A stretch of 64,000 bases of DNA from Eledone cirrhosa (GCA_964016885.1 OZ024740.1:1860001-1924000), one strand, 5' to 3'. Positions 29,501-42,499 are shown, counted from the stretch's first letter. Notes: generated by a model not told the origin, from the letters alone. Made by a program: numbers and translations.

Positions 29501-31740
29501 CTATGACTCTATGCCACTATTGTTTGGAATCGGTTAGTTACTACTGTCCTCTATGATTCTATGCCACTATTGTTTGGAATCGGTTAGTTACTACTGTCCT
29601 CTATGACTCTATGCCACTATTGTTTGGAATCGGTTAGTTACTACTGTCTTCTATGACTCTATGCCACTATTGTTTGAAATCGGTTAGTTACTACTGTCTT
29701 ATATGACTCTATGCCACTGTAATCGGTTAGTTACTACTGTCTTCTATGACTCTATGCCACTATTGTTTGGAATCGGTTAGTTACTACTGTCCTCTATGAC
29801 TCTATGCCACTATAGTTTGGAATCGGTTAGTTACTACTGTCTTCTATGACTCTATGCCACTGTTGTTTGGAATCGGTTAGTTACTACTGTCTTCTATGAC
29901 TCTATGCCACTATTGTTTGGAATCGGTTAGTTACTACTGTCCTCTATGATTCTATGCCACTATTGTTTGGAATCGGTTAGTTACTACTGTCCTCTATGAC
30001 TCTATGCCACTATTGTTTGGAATCGGTTAGTTACTACTGTCTTCTATGACTCTATGCCACTATTGTTTGAAATCGGTTAGTTACTACTGTCTTATATGAC
30101 TCTATGCCACTGGAATCGGTTAGTTACTACTGTCTTCTATGACTCTACGCCACTATTGTTTGAAATCGGTTAGTTACTACTGTCTTCTATGACTCTATGC
30201 CACTGGAATCGGTTAGTTACTACTGTCTTCTATGACTCTATGCCACTATTGTTTGGAATCGGTTAGTTACTACTGTCTTCTATGACTCTATGCCACTATT
30301 GTTTGGAATCGGTTAGTTACTACTCTCTTCTATGACTCTATGCCACTATTGTTTGGAATCGGTTAGTTACTACTGTCTTCTATGACTCTATGCCACTATT
30401 GTCTGGAATCGGTTAGTTACTACTGTCTTCTATGACTATGCCACTATTGTTTGGAATCGGTTAGTTACTACTGTCTTCTATGACTCTATGCCACTATTGT
30501 TTGGAATCGGTTAGTTACTACTGTCTTCTATGACTATGCCACTATTGTTTGGAATCGGTTAGTTACTACTGTCCTCTATGACTCTATGCCACTATTGTTT
30601 GGAATCGGTTATTACTACTGTCTTCTATGACTCTATGCCACTATTGTTTGGAATCGGTTAGTTACTACTGTCTTCTATGACTCTATGCCACTATTGTTTG
30701 GAATCGGTTAGTTACTACTGTCCTCTATGAATCTATGCCACTATTGTTTAGAATCGGTTAGTTACTACTGTCTTATATGACTCTATGCCACTGGAATCGG
30801 TTAGTTACTACTGTCTTCTATGACTCTATGCCACTATTGTATGGAATCGGTTAGTTACTACTGTCCTCTATGAATCTATGCCACTATTGTTTAGAATCGG
30901 TTAGTTACTACTGTCTTATATGACTCTATGCCACTGGAATCGGTTAGTTACTACTGTCTTCTATGACTCTATGCCACTATTGTATGGAATCGGTTAGTTA
31001 CTACTGTCGTCTATGACTCTATGCCACTATTGTTTGGAATCGGTTAGTTACTACTGTCCTCTATGACTCTATGCCACTATTGTTTGGAATCGGTTAGTTA
31101 CTACTGTCCTCTATGACTCTATGCCACTATTGTTTGGAATCGGTTAGTTACTACTGTCTTCTATGACTCTATGCCAGTGGAATCGGTTAGTGACTACTGT
31201 CTTCTATGACTCTATGCCACTATTGTTTGAAATCGGTTAGTTACTACTGTCTTCTATGACTCTATGCCACTGGAATCGGTTAGTTACTACTGTCTTCTAT
31301 GACTCTATGCCACTATTGTTTGGAATCGGTTAGTTACTACTGTCTTCTATGACTCTATGCCACTATTGTTTGGAATCGGTTATTACTACTGTCTTCTATG
31401 ACTCTATGCCACTATTGTTTGGAATCGGTTAGTTACTACTGTCTTCTATGACTCTATGCCACTATTGTTTGGAATCGGTTAGTTACTACTGTCTTCTATG
31501 ACTCTATGCCACTATTGTTTGGAATCGGTTAGTTACTACTGTCCTCTATGACTCTATGCCACTATTGTTTGAAATCAGTTAGTTACTATTGTCCTCTATG
31601 ACTCTATGCCACTATTGTTTGGAATCGGTTAGTTACTACTGTCTTCTGTGACTCTATGCCACTATTGTTTGGAATCGGTTAGTTACTACTGTCCTCTATG
31701 ACTCTATGCCACTATTGTTTGGAATCGGTTAGTTACTATT
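2551..31740. repeat. ~29-kb satellite array, 50-bp unit with a 43-bp variant, roughly 590 copies
   Basis: Consensus GGAATCGGTTAGTTACTACTGTCTTCTATGACTCTATGCCACT[ATTGTTT]. Head-to-tail with no unique spacers, and the ORF track lists nothing in it. Confidence 0.99.
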
Positions 31741-32104
31741 TCCTAAAATGTTGTTGTTTTTTTTATTCAAAAACAAGAATTCTATGAAATTATCCACAAA
31801 GTAAATTAGAAACAACTTCTGGTCAACACAATTCCATTCCCAGCTTTGTCAGACAAACCAGTACACATTCACCCACACATATGACCACACTAGTGAAGTG
31901 TCCTATCAACACATTTTGGCATGGTTTTCTACAATGGGATACTGTTCCTGTTGCCACCCACCATACAGGGTGTATATATATATATATATATACACACCCA
32001 CCATACAGGGTGTGTATATATATATATATATATATACACAGAGGTATCCATATCTCTAATGACTTGATTTTTTATTTCATTGTTTTAACTTATATATATA
32101 TATA

Positions 32105-32230
32105 GGTACATGGCTTTGTGGTTAGATCATTGGGCTTACAATCATGAGGTTGTGAGTTTGATTCTTGTACCAGACTTTGTATTGTGTTCTTGAGCAAGAC
32201 ACTTTATTTCACATTGCTCCAGTTTACTCA
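32105..32230 (+). mobile_element. tRNA-derived SINE 5' part
   Basis: A-box-like TGGCTTTGTGG, degenerate B-box GAGTTTGATTC, then the SINE body block GTGTTCTTGAGCAAGACACTTTATTTCAC. Confidence 0.7.
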
Positions 32231-32629
32231 TATATATATAATGTTAAAAATACAGAAGGTTATATCCGTAGTAAGTAGAGCACTGAATCCAGAGGACGGT
32301 GTAGAGTTAATTGGTTTACTAATTTGTTGTGGAGCTAACTCTATGTATATGCACACACACATTATAGTTGGCTGGAACACGGAAAAGAGTACAACAGTAC
32401 ACCTGATGCATGCAGTTAACACACTCTCATGGCGAAAGTGACACATGTACAGACAGATATACACTCATACAGTGCACTTCAATGCTAGCACATATACCAG
32501 CACCACTGATAGAGATTCACAGCCACCACCACTCACCCTCATACATCCCTACACTCATGTCTACTTCACTCACACTCCTCCTTATAAGACCCACCTTTTT
32601 TTTTTGTCTCTTTCAACTTTTCTTTAAAA

Positions 32630-32808
32630 AAGTGGTTAGAATGTCTCAGGAAAGAATCACTGGACAGATTTTACGGGCAAAACCAACTGGCAGGAGACCC
32701 AGGGTAGACCCCAAGCAAGATCATTGGATAACATCTATGATCTTGCCTGGTTTCGCTTGGTGACCCTCTGTCCCCACGACCCTCTCAGGAATAAGTGGGC
32801 AGAGAAGT
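32630..32808 (+). mobile_element. 3' fragment of a second RTE-type LINE family
   Basis: Translates RMSQERITGQILRAKPTGRRPR (RTE C-terminus). The end CCCCACGACCCTCTCAGGAATAAGTGGG is shared in reverse orientation with 42513-42545. Confidence 0.7.
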
Positions 32809-32982
32809 TGTATTTTCTAACATCATCAGCTACTTTTTGAAAGTTTTGTGCTACTTTTTAATGAAATTGATCTCTCAACCTTGGCTTAAAGTCTTCATGC
32901 CTCATTCTTTCAGTTCTTGTTCTTTGTTTTGAAATAAAATAACATTCTTTAGACTCACTGAGAGCCCCTCCATGAAAATAAT

Positions 32983-33164
32983 TGTTTCTACTTTCGGCAC
33001 AAGGCCAGCAAATACCCAGTACATTACTGGTACTTTATTTTATCGACCCCGTAAGGATGAAAGGCAAAGTTAACTTCGGTGGGATTTGAATTCAGAACAT
33101 AAAGAGACGTAACTATGCTGGAAAGCATGGCGTCCGACCCTCTACTGATTTTGCCAATCCACGA
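32983..33164 (-). mobile_element. tRNA-derived SINE with 18-bp target-site duplication
   Basis: Flanked by CCCCTCCATGAAAATAAT at 32965-32982 and 33165-33182. Body CTGGTACTTTATTTTATCGACCCC..AGGATGAAAGGCAAAGT, with a B-box-like motif on the minus strand. Confidence 0.85.
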
Positions 33165-33199
33165 CCCCTCCATGAAAATAATGTCATGATTAAAGAGGA

Positions 33200-33860
33200 G
33201 TGTGTGTGTGTATAGTGTCTGTATGTGTGCATATGTGAGATAGGGAGAGAGTGAGGGGGTGTTGTATGTGTGTGAGAGAGTGAAGGGGTGTTGTATATGT
33301 GTGTTTTAAGGAATTGTGTCAGTCTAGGTGTGGACATCTCTGAGATGAGATGTCTCTAGCATTGGGTGGGGGAGGTCTAATTATGTGTGTGTGTGTATAC
33401 ATACATGTAGCCGTGTATATGTCTGGATGTGTATACGTGTGGGAGCCTGCTTTTGAAGGTGTGTGTGTATGCTTGTGCATGGCTGTATGGATGTGATTAT
33501 TGTAGAGATGTGTTTAAATATGTATCTGTGTACTGGATGTGTTTCTGTGGGGGTGGAAACTTCTGCTGGGTGTGTCTTTGTCTGTTATGGTGATGTAGTT
33601 AACTTGTTTGGCTGTAGGAGATAATGTGTGTGTAAGACATATGTGTGTTTATGACTGTATACATGTGTGTGTTTGTAAGACATTTATGTATCTGTGTTAA
33701 TGACTGTGTGTGTGTTTATGACAGTATGTATGTGTGTGTTTATGACTGTATACATATGTGTGTGTTTGTAAGACATTTATGTATCTGTGTTAATGACTGT
33801 GTGTGTGTAAGACATATTTGTGTGTGTGTTTATGAATATGACTGGGTGTATGCTGCAATT
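33200..33860. repeat. TG-rich low-complexity region with internal duplications
   Basis: GTAAGACATTTATGTATCTGTGTTAATGACTGTGTGTG occurs twice; TG runs. Confidence 0.7.
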
Positions 33861-34378
33861 ATGTAGAGAGGTTGAGATGGTTTGTTTTTCTAGAAACTCT
33901 CCTCTTCCTCCCCCTCCAATTGACCGTGTAGTTAGGTGCATGTCTGTTCTATAGTGGGAGGAGGGTGGAATGAGGGAAGACACGTGATGTATTTAAAGAT
34001 TTGTAAAAGGGGGTAGCTGAGGAGATGAAGTCAGAGGTGGGAGTGGGGTGTAAGGTAATATAACAGATAGAAATAGTGGTTGGGTGATTGGGGAAGTAGG
34101 GGGAGGTTATTGGGTGCTAATAAGAGAAAGGAAGGAATAAATTAGTGATGCAGGTGTGTATGTATATAGATAACTTTCTTTTTATTTGCCACCAGGGCAT
34201 CAAAGAGTGGGACAAGTACAATGGGGGGAGTTTACATAAAAAGGCGTCCTCAATAAGGAGGAGGCAATAACAAAATATAAAATATAACAAAAATAAATTG
34301 AAAAACAAAATCCTCAATAAGGAGGAGGCGCCTTGGGGGGTCGCACACACCCCCGAAAAAAGTGTGCAACCCTTCTCC

Positions 34379-37300
34379 TCAGGAGCACAGAGAGAGGGTG
34401 CTCCCATGATCTTTCATCTTCCTCACCTCCAGTCTGATGTAGAGTGAAGGCCCATTCACACGGGCCATTCTCGCCACTTTCACCCACCTTTCATAAAAAC
34501 GGCTGGGGTGCAGCACCTCTCTCTCCATCCTGATCCTTCTTCCGAAATGATATCGGAAGAAAAGGACCAGTTGTTGGCCGGAGAGAAAGGTATCTGACCT
34601 CAGTCCTTTCAGACGCGTCCACCATACAACCTCTTTCGCCATGGCTATTACGCACAGAAACACCGCCTCTCCTTCGTTTTTGAAGAGGGGAGGCGGCTTG
34701 ATCATTACAATAGACTCGGTGGTCAACCGGATCGGTCCCACCCTTGACAGCAGTTGTTCGACATAGCCCCACAGATCGGCAATGCCCGAGCAGTGTACCA
34801 ATGCGTGTGCAACGGTTTCCTCGTCGCACACGCATCTGGGACAGGTCTTTTTCGAGGGGTCCCTACCCGGGCGCCCGTGTCTGTAGAGCCTTTCTCGGTA
34901 GCACTGCCAGGCCAGGGACCTCTGGAAGTTATCCATGGGTCCTGGGCTGAATGTCCTACCGAACAGGTTGGTCAGTTCGTCTTCCTCCATGCCTAGGGCA
35001 TCTCTGAGGGCGTCGTCGCACCTGCTAACCGCCAGCCCTCTATAGAATGACGAGGTGGATTCTCCACTGACCACCGGGTCCGCCTGCCAGAGAGCCGTGA
35101 GCGCCTGGGCACACTCGGTGTGCCAGGCGCCCAGTTTTCTCGGTCTTTGCTTGACCCAGGATTGTAGCTCGGTGAGCGAGACGAGTCTGGGAAAGGCTCG
35201 TCTCACAAACGGGGCCCACACCAGTTGACCGGTGAGGAATACCTGGAGGTGCCGTAGCCTTAATGCGTGTTTACGTATCATTAACCACGGCATCCCCAGC
35301 TCTCCTTTCGAAGGGTGTTGACAGCAGATGGATCTCCTCACCATAGGAGCTCGCTTCTTCCAAAGGAATTGGAAGAGTGCGCGGACAGGCGGTAGTAGAT
35401 GACGGACGCTATATAAGTGTTCGCCACCTCCACCCGACCTTTCAGGGACAGTTTACACTCGGCCCACTTCTGGGTCAGTGCAAACACCCTGTTCATTACC
35501 TCACCCCAGTTCTTCTCCAGCTGGAGGTCTGGTCCGAACCAGACCCCGAGCAACTTCACCGGGCCCTCCGTCCAGCGCCCGACGACGCCATCGGAGAGGA
35601 TCGATCTGCCCCTCCACGTGCCGAGTTGCAGACCGATCGACTTGTCCCGGTTCAGCTTAGCCCCAGTAAACCTTTCGTACTCCTCCAGTAAGGTGCCGAT
35701 TGCCTCGATTTCCGAGGCCGTCGACACCATTACTGTTACGTCATCGGCGTAGGCTGACACCGTTTTCCGCAATCCCGGTTCCAACGGGATGCCCTGCAAC
35801 AACTCCAACTTCCGCAGCAGTGGCTCTAGAGTCATTACATACAGAAGGGAGGAGAGAGGGCACCCCTGTCGGATGGACCGCACAATTTCGAACGGCTCCA
35901 AGAAGTAGCCGTTCACCTTGACCCTAGAGCAGATGCGGCTGCTGTGCATGGCATTGATCCAGCCCCTGAAAACGGGTTCGAAGCCTGCCGCCGCTAGCAC
36001 CGCATCCAGGTAACCATGGTGGACCCTATCGAACGCCTTAGATTGATCCAAGTTGATCAGGGCTCCATCAAAGCCGGGTTCGTGTCCAACCCTCTCTATG
36101 ATGTATCGCATGAGGTGGAGGTTGTCGTGGATGGGCCTGGACGGGATAGCACATGTCTGCGCATCTCCCACCAGGTTGCCCACGACAAGCGCCAACCTCT
36201 TTGCTAACACCTTGGCCAAAATCTGTAACTCTGTATTTAGCAAAGTTATGGGCCTGAAATTATTTATATCGTCCCCCTTGTTCTCGTCCTTCCTCACTAG
36301 CGTGACTACGCCCTTGGTCACAGTACAGGGAATTCTCCCGTTCTGTTGCCAGTTGCAGTAGACCGCCTCGAGGAGATCGGGGAACAAGTCCGGCATAGCT
36401 AGATATAGTTCGTATGGAAGACCATCGAGACCCGGGGATTTGCGTTTGCCGCATTGGCTCAGCACGTCCTCTATCTCAGCGGCTGAAATCAGCTCCTCGC
36501 AGGACTTCGCCTCCCTGTCCGAGAGACGCGGCAGGCCGTCGAAGTATGGACCGAAGTCCACGTCCCCAACCGGCCCCTTCAGAACAATCCGGCAAAGTGC
36601 TTTTGAAAAGCCTCGCACATCCGCTTAGGCTCAAGGATCACCCGTCCATCCTGGTCTCGCAAAGACCGAATAGTGGATCTGCTCCCTCTTTTGGCTTCTG
36701 TCACGCGGGCCCAGCTAACAGCTTTGGTCCCCTCGTTTCCCAGAGCACGTATTTTGCTTCGGACGATGCAGCCTTCGTGTTTCGCGTCGAAGAACTGGCC
36801 CAGGGCCGTTCTCGACGCTAGCACTCTGGCCACGTCGCCGCTTCTAATTGCCTCTTCTACACTATCTACCAACTCCCTTTCCTTCCTATTTCTATTTGAG
36901 GCTAACTCCTTACTAAATTCTATAGAGACTACTCTAATCTCTCTTTTGAGAGATCCCCACCACCTGCTGTTGACGATGGCGCCCGTCAACCGCTCCTTAA
37001 CTAAAGTGCTAATCCGGTCCCTGTAAGCCTTACTTGCCAGTAAGGATAAGTTGAGCTTCCAGTAACCGGGTCCCTGTCTATGTGTTCTGTCAAGGTTGAC
37101 CATGCAGGTCACTAACTTGTGGTCTGAATAGCCAACCATGCGCAATTTTGGACAACTTAAAAAGTCCTTATCCTTAATTCTAACTAAGAACCTATCTAGG
37201 TACGACCTAGATGATCCGCTGCGGTTTGCCCAAGTCCAGGTTGGCGCAGTCGGAAAATCTAGTCGATATCTATCGGCCAGGTCAAATCGACCGATTAAGC

Positions 37301-37799
37301 CTTTGAGGCTATTACACCCCTCTCTATCGGGACAGGCCCCTACGTAGTCCCAACGTGCATCTAGGATACCATTCCAGTCCCCCACTAATAGCAAGGAGCG
37401 GGACGTCCCTAGAAAAGTCTTCAGACGATGGAAGAAGTCCGGCCACATTGACCCGAAAGGGCCATAGACGGCTACCAACCTAAATGCTCCGCTTTCACCA
37501 CTGCCAAGGTCCAGAACCACTAGTCTACCCTCCGGGTCCTAGTGTACCATCTGTGTTGCGAGACCCAGATGTTTTTGCAGCAGAATGACAACTCCACCCC
37601 CACCTCTGGGCTGACAGAGAGATGCGTGCATTTCAAAGTCATCAAAGGTGTGGGCCAGCTGTCGCACGTTGCTGATCCGGGCCTCGCAAATAACCATCAC
37701 ATCTATACGTTGTGACCTGAGGTCATTTAGCAGCATTGCTTGCTTCCAAGTTGAGCCCAGGCCACGCGCATTTAGACAGCCTACTCTTAGCAAAGCCAT
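34379..37799 (-). pseudogene. Tx1-like ORF2 (APE endonuclease - reverse transcriptase - zinc-binding C-terminus), disrupted
   Basis: EN motifs LNARGL, GDWN, LDRF, SDH. RT motifs KSPGLDG, FRPITLLN, DQSKAFD, RQGCPLS, YADD. C-terminal CPRC..ETVAHALVHC. In-frame TAG at 37539-37541, frameshifts near 36600 and 35340-35380. Confidence 0.92.
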
Positions 37800-37823
37800 G
37801 TTGGTGGTGAAGAGAAAAGGCAC

Positions 37824-39240
37824 TTACCTCTTTGTGTTCCGGGTATCGGGCTCTTCATCTCCTGGGGACCAGGCTGCACAATTTCCATGGGGGTGTTGGA
37901 GGTTATGTTTGATGGGGTGGTGGTTTCTGGCGGGGTGGGAACAGGGTGTTTGGTGGGGAAGGGCTGTCTGGTGGGATGGGGACGACTTGGGTGGGGGTGC
38001 CTGTGGTGGGGAGGCCTTTGTAGAGGACACGGTTGATTGGTTTCACGCAGGAATTCCCCACGTCCTCTACAAATGTTTCTTTTAGGGATCTATAAGTTCC
38101 TATAGGGACCGTGATCAGTTTTAGGTTCAATTTTTTGTTTTTGTTGGAGCTATCCAAAGTTTTCCCTTCGGTTTTGACCAAAGGGTTGTTTCTGATGGTC
38201 TCCATCAGTGTTCTATTTTCTTCGTTTATGTAAGTGTATGTGTACTTTTCCTGTGTTCTGTTTGTTTTTGTCTGTGGTTCCTGCACGTGTTTTCTCTTTG
38301 TTGTGGGTGTTTTGTTTTCGGGAGGGGGAACTTTTGTTTGTGATTTTTGTGCTGTTTGTGCTGGTGTTTGTGTGTTTGTTTCGTTTTTGTTCATGCGGTT
38401 CTTTCTTTTTATTCTTTTCACGGGTTGGAAGGGTTCCTCATCCGTGTAGATGGGTAGGGGTATGTTTTGGGGTTCTGTAGTGTCTGTGTGTGTTTTTGTA
38501 TTTGTTTTAGGTGGGGAGGGGTTGGATGGGATAGTGTTCTCTGTTGTTTTTTCTTGTTGTCGTGGTGGTGGTGGTGGTGGTGGTTGTGTTGTTATTTGTG
38601 GTGTTGGTAAAAGTGGTTTTTTTTTTTGTCAATTGAGGACAGGCAGCCCTTAGGTGACCTCTGCTTGCGCAGTGGTAACATGCGGGCCGCCTACCCTCAA
38701 CCGAAATGTTTGTAGGTCAGTCCATCCAGAGGTACTCTCTGTGGGATTTTCATTATACGTTCTGGGCTCATCTGCACCAGAATTTCGACGCTAGTCCCAC
38801 TAAATATATCTCTGGAGGATTTTCCTACTGAGATCAAAATGTCTTGTTCAAAGTCAATTAGACCATAAAGTATCCACCAAATATCTACTTTGGGTCTTAT
38901 GCATGTAATTTTTATTTTTTGCGTTCTTTTTCCCATGTATGTAGGGAAAAATGTAAAATGGGTGGACACAATGGGCGCGATGGAATATTAGCACCGAGAT
39001 GCTGCCGAAAAGTTTGGCTTTCTGAATGAATAAAATGTTATCCATGTGGTTCCTTAAAACCAGCTCAATCTCACTCTGAGATAGTTGAGCTGGTTTTTTT
39101 GATGCATTTGAGATTGTCCTGAAAACCACCGTGTTCAGGGCATTTTCTCTCTTTAGTTCTTGTGGTGAATTTATGCTAAATGACCCATTGGGTCCAAAAG
39201 TCACATATTGTTTAGCTTCTTCCAACCTTTGTTTCACGTT
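37824..39240 (-). pseudogene. Tx1-like ORF1 (gag-like, CCHC zinc knuckle, low-complexity T/P/K tail), frameshifted
   Basis: Minus strand of 38630-38700 reads VEGRRPACYHCASRGHLRAACPQL (CX2CX4HX4C). Other fragments lie in ORFs 38854..39237, 38697..38969 and 37903..38421. Confidence 0.75.
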
Positions 39241-39847
39241 GGTTAAATAAAAAAGTTGAAATATTTCCAGTTTTTTTTTTACGGTATCGGCAAAAGAAAT
39301 TTTGCTGTTGTTGTCTTTCTTGTTGTTGTTGTCACTGTTGTTTGTATATAGATAGAAAGATAGATATATATGTAATTATTAAAACCAGTTGCTACAACAG
39401 CGTCATACGAGGTATGTACGTTTTGTTAGCCCTAAGGACCAACTTGTTCAGCCCATGCCGATAAAAGTGAACTGGAAAATGTTTTCTCAAAGAGGAAATA
39501 AAAAAACAATAGGGAAAGAGAGGATAGCCCCAAAACAAGGGCAGATAATCTAACTAGTCTAGGGGAGACAATTTGACCCGAAAAAGTGCGAACAAATGTT
39601 AAATATATGAGGGGGCTAGAAAAAATTGATAAAATAAGAATGATTTTGCGGGAAAACACATAAATCAATATTAAGGAGGCCAATTCTTTAAAAGATACTT
39701 GGAAACGTGAGAACATTGCAAGAAGAACTCTGTACATGTGTTAAATTGTTATTGTTGTGGAGATTATTAAATATCCACCATTTTCATCATTGCATAATCT
39801 GCCTGCTTTGAGCCTATTTATATATGGTCGAGATTTTACCAACCTAT

Positions 39848-39912
39848 TACTACTACTACTACTACTACTACTACTATATATATATATATAGAGAGAGAGA
39901 GAGCGAGCGAGA
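39848..39912. repeat. Compound microsatellite (TAC)n(TA)n(GA)n
   Basis: Direct inspection. Confidence 0.9.
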
Positions 39913-41200
39913 TTGAAGTTTTTTTTCTACTCATTATATTCAGACAGTGTGACTCTATTTGTTTGTATATACATCATGTACAGTACTCCCTTTAAATATC
40001 ATTTCTTCTTTGGTATTATGGTATTTGTTGCATTATTGTATGTATTTGTGGGGGGGGGGGGGTATATACGCACTTGCCGAATGCCACTATGTAAATACAT
40101 TTTCCACAGCAACTTATCAATAAAAAAAACCTATTGAATAATTGTTGAATAGCAACCTTTCTGTACCTTTGAAATGTGCATAACAGGGTGACATAGGGCA
40201 ATAATACGATGTTAAATATGTGATGCTGTCTCTCTTTCTTTTCTTAATATATATATATAACAAATAGTTTATCACTCTACATGACTGAATACAATAAATG
40301 TAATCTGAGTTTTTCGAATATTAATAATATTTGATTCGTTTGCAATTATGCAAACAACCTCTTTAAAGGCATGTCAGTAGAATGACCCCGTCATTCTTGC
40401 TCTTGTGTTACGTGTAAACAGAACTGCAGACTCTAATGTTTCTGGGTGGTTACCCTTCATCAGTACAGTATACTGCTTACCTGCCAACTGTCAGAGCTAG
40501 TGAAAATATATGATATTTTCTAAGATATACACATATATATGTATGTATGTGTGTGGTGAGAAGAGAGAGAAAGACAATCATTATCATCATTTTTTATTTC
40601 TGATATTTCTATGCTTCCATGTGTTGAATGTTAAATTTTTTAGGCAGGTTTTGATACAGCTTAATGCACTTTCTGGTGCCAACCTACACCTTAATTTAAG
40701 TTTGATATATACACACTTGACATTCTCCATACTGTTACAAGATGTATTGCTTAAACACATGTTAGTGTTGGCTTTTATAAACAATATCAATAGGTTTACA
40801 GCAACTAGCATACACACATATATATTTATATACATCATCACTTAAGGTGTATTTTTCCATGTTGATATGGATTAGGTCATCACAGTCAGTACATAATCAG
40901 AGCTACTGCCATCCTAGACAACCTGGGGCCATGTCTCACTTATATACATTACAGGTTTGACATGCTTTCTACAACTGGCTGCCCCTCCTTATGCCAACCA
41001 TATTATAAAATGAACTGGTTACCTTATATAACACAATAGGATTTTGTACACATGCTTGTTTGAAAAATCTTTCAAAGAAGAGTGAAACATGGACTTTTGT
41101 ACTGTTTATTATAATAAATTACTGTATTTTGGGTTGTTTTAACTCCTCTTATCTTTCCAATTTTTTATAGTTTTTTTTTGTAAAAAACGATATTTTTTCA

Positions 41201-41247
41201 TGATATATCCCTATATATCATTTTAAATGATATATAGGGATATATCA
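41201..41247. repeat. Palindrome, 23-bp arms with 1-nt centre
   Basis: TGATATATCCCTATATATCATTT-T-AAATGATATATAGGGATATATCA. Confidence 0.95.
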
Positions 41248-41257
41248 ATTGAGAAAT

Positions 41258-41425
41258 TGTGTTGGCATTAGGAAGGGCATCCAGCCATAGGAAACCAAGC
41301 CAGAAACAGTTCTGTATGAGCAAGACATGGTCACCTGACCTGATTTGCCTCAAAAGGGACAACCTGTCTAATCGATGCTAGCATGGGTTAGACGGGAAAA
41401 TAGACGTTAAACAATGTTGATGATA
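41258..41425 (+). mobile_element. SINE/LINE 3'-tail fragment (RTE-related tail)
   Basis: GTTGGCATTAGGAAGGGCATCCAGCC...GACGTTAAACAATGTTGATGAT. Confidence 0.8.
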
Positions 41426-41436
41426 TATATATTCAC

Positions 41437-41542
41437 AGAACTGGTTTCCTTAGTTTCCCTTCAGCCTGATAATAAAAGACACATGCCCAGCTGCCATTCA
41501 GTGAGACTGAACCTCTTCCCCCACACAGCCATGTTTGCACCA
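41437..41542 (-). mobile_element. Degenerate tRNA-headed SINE fragment
   Basis: Minus strand GGTGCAAACATGGCTGTGTGG...GGTTCAGTCTCACTG...TGGGCATGTGTCTT. Confidence 0.55.
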
Positions 41543-41739
41543 ATATACACACCTTTGAACTCTAATGTTGTTTAGTCCCTGGCAAACCCTGATGGTGCAC
41601 CCCATAAGTTAACCATGTTATCCTGTCCTTATCTAAACCAATAGGGAGTGATTTGAGGGAAGTTTGGCTTCTATTTCTTGCATGTTGAGAGACTCATTGT
41701 GATGTTAGTGCTAGTTTGTGTGCTAGTTATAGTTTTAAA

Positions 41740-42190
41740 TATGGTGATGATGATGTTAGGTGTCATGAAGGTGATGGTGGTGGTGACAGTAGTTGTCATG
41801 AAGGTGGTTGATGATGGTGATGGTGGCTATCATGAAGGTGTTGATGATGGTTATCATGAAGGCGATGTTGGTGGTGGTGGTGGTGGTTGTAATGAAGGTA
41901 ATGGTGGTTGTCATGATAGTAATAGTGTTGGTGTTAGATGTAATTATGCCGATGGCGATAATGATGAGGATGATTGTGGTAGTATTAGTGGTGATACTGT
42001 GGTGGTGGTGATGGTGGTGATACTGTGGTGGTGGTGATGGTGGTGAAAATGAAAGTGGTGTTGCTAGCTGGAATAATAATTATGGTGAGCTTAGTAGTGA
42101 TGGAGATTGTGATGGTGATGGTGGTAAAGGAGATCCTGGCAGTGGTGATGGTTGTGGTAAAGGAGATGGTAGCGGATGATAGCAATGATA
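41740..42190. repeat. Degenerate (GGT/GAT)n trinucleotide low-complexity tract
   Basis: Direct inspection. Confidence 0.8.
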
Positions 42191-42499
42191 TTTAGATGAG
42201 ATTTTCAAGAAGAGTTGAGATGATGCCGGATGTAGTTTCAATGTTGATATTTCCACAGTAAGACTGGCAGGTGTAATGAGAGCTGGAGAATAAGTTAAAT
42301 TCCATACCAAAACCAACTTTGTAATTTAGTTTCAATTTTCACTTGATTCTGCTTCCCTTACTTTATTTGGAAGCCCCCTATATTTTAGCCCGTACCCCTG
42401 TTATCGTATTTTATCCTGGTTTAACTCTTAACATTAATTCAAATACAGTGTGGTTCATAAGGAAATAAAGTAATGAAAGCTAATTATTATCTAATCAGT

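Larger units (their letters stand above)
34173..39342 (-). mobile_element. Near-full-length, degraded Tx1/L1-clade non-LTR retrotransposon
   Basis: ORF1 with CCHC knuckle, ORF2 with APE endonuclease, RT and C-terminal Cys/His motif. AATAAA plus A-rich end near 34175-34190. Candidate 12-bp TSD TGTATATAGATA at 34161-34172 and 39343-39354. Confidence 0.9.

Noticed and set aside
2551-31740. CRISPR-like array (constant repeat plus variable short segment)
   Set aside because: The variable part is a 0-7 nt module drawn from a few related variants, not unique spacers. There are no cas genes and the context is eukaryotic.
32105-32180. tRNA gene
   Set aside because: The A/B boxes are degenerate, there is no cloverleaf, and it continues into a SINE body.
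39380-39845. Possible Helitron or DNA-transposon remnant next to the Tx1 5' end
   Set aside because: No clear termini, hairpin or coding trace could be identified by eye.
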